A program made the position numbers and the translations under genes. A stretch of 64,000 nucleotides of DNA from Octopus vulgaris. Lineage: Eukaryota. The stretch spans positions 73,904,001 through 73,968,000 of the forward strand of contig OX597818.1 in the NCBI GenBank assembly GCA_951406725.2, written 5' to 3'. The notes under the pieces are model-generated. The model did not search any database and was not told the DNA's origin. It saw nothing but the letters and a program-made list of their open reading frames with translations. Below, one piece after another: positions 54,097 to 64,000 of the stretch (within the stretch, counting starts at the first letter, position 1; each line of letters opens with the position of its first letter).

Positions 54097-55170
54097 ATTT
54101 CTTTATTGACCACAAGGGGCAACATAGGGGGAAAACACAAGACGTATGAGGACAAAAAACGAATGAAAGAAAAATGAAATGAAAATGAAAACATGAATGA
54201 AGCCTTTTGGCCTCACCTCCGAGTGACTTCCTTCATCCTGTTAACACGACCTTAAATGTAATCAAACTCCATCTTTCTGTAGAATGTCAATATTGGAATC
54301 ATCTCGGAGATCACTATAGTTTATATATTTTGGTACCTTACTGGTGTCCATTATCTTCTCCCAGTATTGAAAGTCTTTATTGTAGTTAACTATTTTTGAC
54401 ATTTGATTCCGGTTTGCCAGCACACAATTATAACGCCGTGGTATCCCAGTATAAGTTCCCGAATTAACTGTTATTGCATCTTCCCAAGTCTTTATGATTT
54501 TGCAGAGTTCTTTATTTAAACCGTCGTATATCACTACGTGTTTTTGTTCTTCATAGGCCGGGATAGAGAAAGTTTTGGGATCCTGTGTGCCTGCGTTTTT
54601 CTTTGTGTCGGGGGTGTGGAGAGGGTTGGCGTCTGTAGGGGCAGGATGGGGCAAAGTGGGTACAGGTGGGCGTTGTGTGGGTGTGGGACGGGTATATGGA
54701 TAGAAGTACCATTTCTTATTTCTTTAAAAGGGTTGCCGAGTGTAACCTGGTAGTAGCTATCTCTCGGAAGCGCACGTCCACTGTTCCGAACTTCCTTCTT
54801 CGGGCAAGATACGAAGCTCCTTGCTAGATTGGTTTCAAGGCTTTTTCTACATGCGTAGTCGTTATTATTTCGATTTTCTTTATTTTCGTTCTATATATTA
54901 TAGTTTTTTCTTTGGTAGCTTTCAAAATTCCTTGGGAAGGGAACATCTTTACTCCGCACCCTTGTTAGTTCGACTTCGTTGCTGTAGCTCTTGGCAAAAG
55001 TCGCAAATTTCTTTCCTTCACCGGTTCCTCCATTATTCGACAGACTTCAATAGTTCCTCCTCAAAAGATGTAAGCTCCGAGGAAGAGAGGCTTTCATACT
55101 CCATTGTTAACACTTGTGCTACCCACTTCTTCGAAGGGTTAAAGCGTCAGCAGACTGCCGTAAGGCGGTA
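54097..55170 (-). mobile_element. Decayed retroelement remnant (possible ORF1-like coding plus LINE-type tail)
   Basis: Tail CCTTGTGGTCAATAAAGAAAT resembles those at 58400-58420 and 47975-47995. Broken reading frames upstream have no motif I can name. Confidence 0.35.
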
Positions 55171-55530
55171 AAACAAGTGTAGCAAAGTGTTTAAAAGACA
55201 CGAAGCAATTTTAGCAGTAAGCGATTCAACAAAATAACACTCACATGGGGACGAATGGTAGGCTGGTAAATTTGGGTGCGTTTTATACCCAATAAGTCGT
55301 TTTGCACGTACATCAGGCTTTTCATAAGGATGCGTTCGCAAGCATTACCATGTTCACGCAAAGTGAACGAGTTCGAACCCTACATATGTTTTCAAAAAAG
55401 AGTGGTGTCATGTGTTAGTGACATCTTTCTGGCGTCAAATTAACTAAAATTGTGATAAAATCCATGTAATCCCAAAATCAGTTGTGAAACAGATAATCTT
55501 GTACTGTGCGACGCTTCTTTTCTAGCTCAG

Positions 55531-55623
<93 letters not shown>

Positions 55624-56474
55624 ATCTATTTATTTATCTATCTATCTATCCATCTATCTTTAGATTACAAAACGTATACACCAACATAAACGCATATATG
55701 TATGAGTATGTGTGTCTGTCTGTTTGTCTATCTATGTGTATATATATATATTTATATATATACGAATATTTACGAACGTATGCTTGTGTGTATGCATATG
55801 CACGCGCACACACACACATACAGACACTCGCATACACATATATAGGCATGTGTGTAAATATGTGACGAAATATATTAGTACAATATGTCAAAGAAGAACA
55901 TTATCTTATTAATTAAGTTAACTTACTGTTTGGTTTAGGGCGAAACATAATTGATAATACTTGCTCCACAAAATAGGGAAAAAATTATCTTTAACGTAAA
56001 AGTACAACGAAGATTATGTGCATTTTATCGTTTTCTACTCTAATGCTAATATCCAATTTGTTCAGATACATCTGGTACAAACCATGCTGGGAAGAGTTTA
56101 AAATTAGTTCAATAAATCACCTTCACAACCGCCTACACTAATTATAATTCAATTCAATGTGAAGCTAGGCGTAAATTCTGCTAATAAATTAATGAAAAAC
56201 TTCATTACATCTAAACCTTTGAAATTTTTTCTTTGCATTTTGGAACTCTAATTTATTATTTCCATTTATATATTCTCCGTATCGCTTTTCGTCAAATGCT
56301 TTCTGTCAAATTCCTTCTCCTTCAATAAATAATGTTTTCTTCTTGTATATTCGACTTTCTGCCCTTTTTTCGCTTTCTCCATTCACTTCTCCTTCTTATT
56401 TTTGCTCTGTCTCTCACTTTCTCTCACCTACTCTCTTTATGTCACACTTTCTCTATCTCTTCATACGTACTTTC

Positions 56475-56509
<35 letters not shown>

Positions 56510-56722
56510 TAGATAGATAGAGAGAGAGAGAGAGAGGAGAGAGAGAGTGTGTGTGTATGTGCGTGTATATATATGGATGGATGAATTATCCTTTGTTTAC
56601 CGTTAACATGGAAAATTCAATAAACAGTTACCAGGGTAGCAAAATTAATGCAAATAACACGGATGATGCGACCTATTCAAAGGTAGAAACTCCGGGTTAA
56701 TGTGTAGTAATTTGTGTAGTAT

Positions 56723-56960
56723 AAGTAAATAAATAGAGTTGAAGGAAGATGTTATTAAAATTCTTTTACTTTCGACATATGTTTCGAAGTCAACATGGCT
56801 TTATTCCAAAGGAATAAACGCTGTAAAATGCAATCTTCTCCTCAGGAAGATTGCATTTTACAGCGTTTATTCCTTTGGAATAAAACCATGTTGTCTTCGA
56901 AACATATGTCGAAAGTAAAAGAATTTTAATAACATCTTTCTTCAACTCCATTTATTTACT

Positions 56961-56961
<1 letters not shown>
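56723..56961. repeat. Near-perfect palindrome (116 bp arms, 7 nt loop TCCTCAG) containing a minus-strand hammerhead
   Basis: Arms 56723-56838 and 56846-56961 differ at about 4 sites. Minus strand: UUC CUGAGGA GAAG [..] CUUC GAAAC AUAU GUC^ GAA (56848 to 56772). Confidence 0.92.
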
Positions 56962-57046
<85 letters not shown>

Positions 57047-57304
57047 CCTCTCTCTCTCTCCATATATATATATATATATACACCTCTATATATATGTATA
57101 TATGAATTTATATATGTATATATGTGTGTGTGTATTTGTGTGTCTGTGTTTATCCCCACACCATCGCTTGAGATCCAATTTTGGTGTGCTTACATCTTTA
57201 CAGCTTAGCGGTTCGGTTAAACAGACCGATAGCATAAATACTTGGCTTACAAAGAATAAGGCCTGGGGTTGAATTGTTCGAATAAAAAGAGAATTAGGAA
57301 ACGC

Positions 57305-57590
57305 AAAATATTCTGGTATAGCCCGCCTTATAATGTAGAAGTTTCTACCAGCGTAGCCTGATGCTTCCTGTCGTGTTTTGACTGGGGACTTCGTGACCTC
57401 TGAGATGAAATGCCCATCATCAAGTTCACTATTATTGATAGGGCGCTACCATATTCACCTGGCACTTATAATTGCCAGCTGTGCCAATTAGGTAAACTGC
57501 GTATCATCAACAAAGTATCCATCAACAAAAAACATGAGGAATCGTATTGCTGTCACCAAAGATACACTTTTCTGGTAAATTTCAAGCCAC
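57305..57590 (+). pseudogene. Penelope-like element C-terminal remnant
   Basis: IFWYSPPYNVEVST (cf. WFNPPYS..V.T) and IIDRALPYSPGTYNCQLCQL.KL.I...INKK.E...CC (PLE GIY-YIG C-terminal pattern). Confidence 0.7.
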
Positions 57591-57840
57591 TGGCCGCCGG
57601 ATATACCTCCTTACTACTATTCACCCCTAGCACCGACTGCACCAAGGTCCCCGTCATAAATTAAACCCCATGAACTGCATAGCAAATCACCAATCCCCAA
57701 CGCTTTTCCATGCCTGTTTACCAGTATACTCTCACCCCTTGTACACTACCTTTTGTGCATGGTCACGGGGTGTATGTCCGCGGGAGGACAAGTGCGTGAT
57801 TGCGCATATGCATCCGCTCACCGTACACATAATAATAATA

Positions 57841-58378
57841 TCCATTAGACATTTGCAACTAGTATGGACTTGACAGAGAAAAAATTGGTATCACCATAAA
57901 CCCGAAAGCATCATCAAAAATGATAATGTAAAGATGCTGTGGGCATTTAGGATTCAGTGCAACCATGTGATAGAGAATAGGAAACGAGACGTAATCTTAA
58001 TTGAGAAAGAAAGCAAACGATGCTGGATCATAGGTATAGCATTCCCAGCTTATTACAAGGCATGCGATAAGGAAGAAAGAAAAGTCGATAGATGTGACAG
58101 GTTAGATTGGGAGGTTAAGCAGTTGAAGTCGATGAAAAATGTACTAGTAGTACCAATAATTGTCGGAGCTCTGAGAACAGTGAGTAAAAATCTTGAGAAG
58201 TACATGGAACAAATACAAGCTGCAATAAGGGTGGATCACTTGCAGAAATCAGCTCTGCTTGGAACTGCTCGAATACTCCGGAAGGTGCTCGAAAAATAAG
58301 GGCTGTTACCTTATTTCACTTGTAGTGAATAGCTGACACCGTGGTAATCTTCAACGTTAGAAGCTGTGCAAAGGCAAT
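57841..58378 (+). mobile_element. R4/Dong-like 3' RLE fragment between short (TAA)n tracts
   Basis: LW.F.IQC.HVIENRKRDVILI...VVPIIVGAL...LQKSALLGTARILRKVLEK*. Confidence 0.85.
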
Positions 58379-58776
58379 GGTAATAATGATAATAATGATT
58401 TCATTTATTTGCCACAAGGACGAAGGTTAAGGGGGAACAACACAAAGATGGACATAAAGTGTTGGGGTTTACATATAATGAAATGAGAAAAAAAATTAAC
58501 GAAAGTAAGTAAACACGGTATACACTGAAAAAGAAGGTACATATGCAAAGCGTACAAAGGTTTAACAGAAAGAAGTGACCCTCCTGATACAGGAAGGCTT
58601 CTTGGGATAATCGAAGAACCCCACTGCGCATGATTTCCTTGAAACCCCAGAAATATGTGCTCTCTCCAATTCCTTGGCACCTAGAATGTCATGAGGCGCT
58701 CACAACCTTTTACCAGTCGGGCAATGGGACCGATGGATGTCTCGCTTTAGTAATTTATAGAGGCTTAGTTGCAGGG

Positions 58777-58865
58777 AAGAAGAAGAAGAAGAAGAAGAAG
58801 AAGAAAAAGAAGAAGAAGAAGAAGAAGAAGAAGAAGAAGAAGAAAAAAAGAACAAGATGAAGAAG
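58777..58865. repeat. (GAA)n microsatellite
   Basis: Directly visible. Confidence 0.95.
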
Positions 58866-58894
58866 AATAAGAACAAGGACAACAACACAACAAC

Positions 58895-59890
58895 AAAGAT
58901 CATAGAAATGTTGACAGTACACGGAGCTTTCCACACTAAAAGGAAACCGATAGGTTGTACTTCTCCAGAAGAAAGGGTGGGAGAGGTTTGATCGGTTGCC
59001 AGGGCTGTATCGAAACAGAGGAAAACAGCCTAGGGTCGTATATAAAAAATGCCGTGGAACGATTGCTGAAACACACGAAGAAGCCAGCGTCATCAAAACA
59101 GAAAATTGTGTAACTAAACTAAAATTTAAACCAGAAATGAAGGAGAAAATAAAAGAAAAGGCTCGGAAGCAAAAAATGTACGTTCTGTAGTTAAAAATGA
59201 GGAGGGGTGACCTGAAGATAGAGACAGAAGCACTCGTATGAACAGCTCAGGAACAAGCGTTAAGGACCAATTATGTGAAGTGCATAATTGACAACACTAC
59301 CGATAGCGACAAATGCAGATGTGGTGAGTGGGGTGAAATGCTATAGCTCATCGTTAGCGAATGCCCGAAATTGAAACAACGCGAATACAAACGACGCCAT
59401 AGCAATGTAGCAATAATGATACATTGGGAGTTCTGTGGAAATCACAGATGTGATATGAAAAAACTCCAGAACGAGTCACCGAATAAGAGGACTGCAAAAT
59501 CCTGATGGATGTAATGATACAGTGCGATCACCTAACCATACATATGAAAGTGGACATTGTTGAGGTGAATAAAAAAGAAAGAACATATATGACTGTCGGC
59601 AACAGGATCAATGTAAAAGAAGAAGAGAATATAAACAACTATGACGATTTATAGTGGAAAATAAGAAGGTTGTGGTCAATGAAGAGAACAGACGTGATGC
59701 CAATAGTTATTGGTACACTTGGAAGTATCAGCTCTCAACTATCAACATGGCTGAAAAAGATCGATGCAAGTGTGAAAGTAGAACACCTACAAAAAGCAGC
59801 ATTGCTTGGGACTGCAAGTATTCTTCGCAGGGTTCTTGAAGTATGACAAATAAACAAGTGTTATCTTAATTTGCTAGCCTGTATTTTCCA
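58895..59890 (+). mobile_element. Decayed R4/Dong-like 3' fragment (thumb, CCHC, RLE)
   Basis: GAFH.K, LK.ETEAL..AQEQALRTNY, KCRC, YKRRH and PIVIGTLG...LQKAALLGTASILRRVLEV. Followed by (TAA)n(TGA)n at 59925-60070. Confidence 0.85.
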
Positions 59891-59921
59891 TCATACCCAG
59901 CAAAATAAGCTGTGAGTTTTC

Positions 59922-60008
<87 letters not shown>

Positions 60009-60031
60009 TAATTATAATAATAATAATAATA

Positions 60032-60068
<37 letters not shown>

Positions 60069-60084
60069 CGACGATAAGAAGAAG

Positions 60085-60750
60085 AAGGGGACTGCCTGTT
60101 CCCACTGATCTTTGCACTGTGCATGATACCACTAACACTGATTCTGAAGAAAGCAAAGGATGGGTATGTATTCAAATGCCGCCAACAAAAATCAACCACT
60201 TATTATTTATGGATGACCTCAAATTTATGAGAAAAATGAATCCCAAGTCAGTCCCCTCGTTGATACGGTGTATACTTTTAGTGTTGATATCAGAATGGAT
60301 TCCGGAATGAAAAAGTGTGGTGTGTTAGTCTTGAAGAGAGGCAAAATCAAATGTATGGACGGGATAGAGATACCATCGGGGAAAGTTATGAAGCAGATAG
60401 AAGAGTCGGGTTATAAGTACTTGGGGATACTGGAAATGGAAAAATTGATGGAGAAAGAAATGACGGAAAAATTTAAGGTGGAGTACTAACGCAGACTGAG
60501 ACTCATCCTTAAATTGAAATTAAACGGGCGGAATAAGATTGAAGCTATCAAAACCTGGGTGGTTTCACTCCTTAGCACAGGTAATTTCATGATCATTAGA
60601 TGAACTAAACAGCTTAGACAGAAAGACAATGAAGTTGCTGACTAGATATGGGATACTCCACCCAAAAACTGACACAGACAGACAGTATGTACCAAGTAAA
60701 AGAGGCGGATGAGGAATGATTGGATGCGAACACAGCATTAGAGCAGGTGG
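60085..60750 (+). mobile_element. R4-clade RT fragment (same family as 7258-7760)
   Basis: KINHLLFMDDLK, GMKKCGVLVLKRGK, YKYLGILE, NGRNKIEAI.TW and HPK.D.DR.Y. Confidence 0.85.
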
Positions 60751-61799
60751 TAACAACAAGAGGCACATAGTTGATTGCCTCGTGTTTTATATATTTAATA
60801 TAAGGTGTACCTGTTGAGAAAGATTTCACCTAGCGCGTAAATATTATTTCTTTACTAAACTAAAATCAGAAACCAATTGGTCCAGGAAACTAGATAGTAA
60901 AAGTTTTGTTTTTCATCCCACAGAGTATCCAATAAACACCCTCCTCCCCAAGCAAGCTTGGTGGGTTGCCGGTTTAGTCGCCGACGACCCGACAATGCAA
61001 CAGGTGTGTACTGGGTTACATGTTACCAGTAGCACTCGAAAGTGACCTGACATATGTATGTATGCATATATTTTCTTCCCGATCCCTAGGCTCATAAGGT
61101 TTGGTTTCCCGATTTTGTGGCGTATACATCTCCATCATTCTAATGGTCCATCGCATGAATACTCATTTTCAACAGCTGAGAGGACTGGAGCATCATGAAA
61201 TGATATGTTTTGCTCATGGGCACAAGGCATGACCCTCTCCAGGAAACGAAACAGTAATCCTATGATCGGGAGTGCAATGCCATTACCCCGCGCGTCTCCA
61301 CACACACACACACATCTCCTATACAGTATATGGCATATTTTGTATAAATCTATCTGTGAAAGTTCTAATCTCTTCCCTGTTAATATCTTTTCAGATCAAG
61401 ATCCATAACTAACAAGATTTTCAAACTCTTTCAACATTTTCCTCGTACGAGAATATATGTCATATATTCTCACCTTTCCTTTCAGATATCTAATATGGAC
61501 AGATACATACTCATACGCAAACACTTTCACACTCACACACACAGGCACATTGTGTTAACTTCACAGCACTGAAAGTTAATAATTTATTGCAGTAAATTAC
61601 CTTAGGCGTCATCTTTATAATTATTATTCTTTGTTGAATTGTTGGAATGGCTATCAGTGAAACAGCTGACCACAGATATTTAGTAAAGGGCAGCTTGGAT
61701 TTTCTTTAATTAATCGAAAACAACTTATTGTTCATCAAGTACATATGTATAATAGCTAAATGTACTTAACGATAGATTTTGTGTATCATTAATGGAACG

Positions 61800-62170
61800 T
61801 TTTGTGAGCTATTTATCTCTTTTAAAAGAGATAAAATTATTTCCTTCACCAAGAGAAATTTGGCAAATCATGTCATATTAAACAGATATTTCAATGCTGC
61901 AGTGAAACAGGAGGAAAAATAAGTACAAAAGTTAGGGAGGTTTAGGACAATATATATCCAACGAAGGAAGGATGAACACGAGTAAAGAAATGAAAGACTA
62001 GAAGAGGGAAGTGAATTACTGTTAGGTAGAGTGAATGACCAGATGTATAATAAATGAAACAAATAGATGATGGGGAGAAGATAAATTTAAGGTCAGTGTG
62101 AAAGGGGGGGCAGTAGTGCTGAGGGAGTTTCACTAAGCAAACAATAAACCCGTTAAGGATATTAGCCTAT
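61800..62170. repeat. Direct repeat, copy 1 (copy 2 at 63635-64000); probably a decayed LINE 3' end on the minus strand
   Basis: First ~105 bp identical between the copies; remainder visibly diverged. Confidence 0.75.
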
Positions 62171-62767
62171 CATACCGGAAGGCTGGAAGATATTTTATCA
62201 AAACATCTTCTCCAGCATATATAACAATGACCATTAAATATTTCAGCTGCAACAACTGCACATTGCTCTGTATGCCATTATAGCTCCTCGTGGCTGCAAT
62301 TTCATCAAGAGTTCATTATTTTTGACGCTTTCAAAGTGAACTAATTTGTATGTATGTATATATATATAGTTGAAAAAAGATAAGAGATGTATACAAATCA
62401 TATTTTTATATAAAAGATGGAGATTGAAATTGCACAGAAGTAAGAGGGAATTTAATAAAAATGATTTAAAAAATGATATAATGAAAATATTACCGGTTTC
62501 GTCAATATTGGGTCTGAAACATGTTCTTGAAGATAAACTGCTTTTACTTCGATTTTTTTATAAATTTTTACTGATATTTCATGAGATGAAATTCATCGAA
62601 ATCGGTAATATTTTCTATATATAATTTTTAAAATCATATTTATTAAATTCCCTCTTAAACTGAAAAGACTTAGACTTACTTCTGTGCTATTTCTACATCC
62701 ATCTTATATAGAGAGAGAAAGATGGATATACTGATGGATATACTGATGGATAGATAAATATAAATAT

Positions 62768-62798
<31 letters not shown>

Positions 62799-63545
62799 CA
62801 TACATACATACATACATACATACATACATACATACATACATACATACATACATAAATACATACATACATACATACATACATACATACATACATACATGCA
62901 TGCAACTATGCAGACATATGCATGCATACATGCATAATCAAATATAAATATGTCCATATGTTCATATTTATACGTATCATTTTATGCATTATTCGAAGTA
63001 ACAAACTTGGACCATACCAAAAAGAAATGAACTGTTTTCTGTATTTGAGACAAGTAAATAGGATTAAACAGTGTATATAGTTAAAACAGTATTTCCATTT
63101 CAGAACGATCAATATTCAGTCCATTGTTATGAGACAGAGGAAAAAGAAAGGAAGAAATAAAAAGTGAATTGTGTATATATATGGCTCATAAGGTTTGGTT
63201 TTCCCGATTTCGTGGCGTGTACATGCCCATCACTCGCATGTATACTCATTTTCAACAGCTGAGAGGACTGGAGCAACATGAATTGATACGTTTTACTCAT
63301 GAACACAACGCATGACCTAGTGCACGAATCGAAGCAGCAATCCAATGATCGTGAGTGCAATGCCACTGCGCTGCGCGGCTCCACAGACACACACATCATC
63401 TGTACAGTATACTCCTTTACTCATCTGTACAGTATACTCCTTTACTAGCTAGGGTACGGGGACGAAAACACACAAGCGTCGGTTGTCAAGCGATGTTGGG
63501 GTGGGGGGAAACACAGACACACAAACATATATACACACATATATG

Positions 63546-63590
<45 letters not shown>

Positions 63591-63634
63591 GACGGGCTTC
63601 TTTCAGTTTCCATCTACCAAATCCATTCACAAGG

Positions 63635-64000
63635 TTTTGTGAGCTATTTATCTCTTTTAAAAGAGATAAAATTATTTCCTTCACCAAGAGAAATTTGGCA
63701 AATCATGTCATATTAAACAGATATTTCAATGCTGCAGTGAGTCAGGAGGAAAAATAAGTACAAAAGTTGGGGAGGTGAAGGAGAATATATGCAATGTAAG
63801 AAGGATGAAGTCGAGTGAAAAAAGTAAACACAAGAAGAAGGGGTGATTTCCTGTTAGGAAGGGTGAGTGACCAGATGTAGAATAGATGAAACAGATAGAT
63901 GATGGCGAGAAGATAAATTTAAGGTCAGAATGAAAGGGAGACCCAGTGGTGCTCAGGGGGTGTCAATAATCAAACAATAAATCCGTTAAGGATAATAGCC
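63635..64000. repeat. Direct repeat, copy 2, fused to a truncated SINE (63455-63635)
   Basis: Aligns to 61800-62168 up to the window end. Confidence 0.75.

Overview
Eukaryotic, AT-rich, microsatellite-dense DNA with no confidently identifiable host gene. The tRNA/CORE-type SINE families and the repeat landscape resemble an Octopus (cephalopod) genome; this is inferred from recalled repeat families, not from a search. Most ORF-track entries are microsatellite artefacts. Recognisable content: (1) two clusters of 5'-truncated R4/Dong-like non-LTR retrotransposon pieces (RT, CCHC, PD-D restriction-like endonuclease) stacked in (TAA)n arrays at 3.2-8.2 kb and 57.8-60.8 kb; (2) Penelope-like element (PLE) remnants (GIY-YIG, RT); (3) Tc1/mariner and hAT DNA transposon relics; (4) a ~6.2 kb head-to-tail dimer of a composite non-autonomous Helitron containing nested, oppositely oriented Helitrons (16.7-22.9 kb); (5) many SINEs. 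The most striking signal is about 17 type I hammerhead-ribozyme-like motifs from about 9 short non-coding repeat families. They usually have a palindromic helix III and occur as solo copies in (TA)n, as direct repeats (511 and ~671 nt periods), as inverted pairs, and as a near-perfect 239 bp palindrome centred on a ribozyme core. This suggests a diverse PLE-derived, retrozyme-like system.
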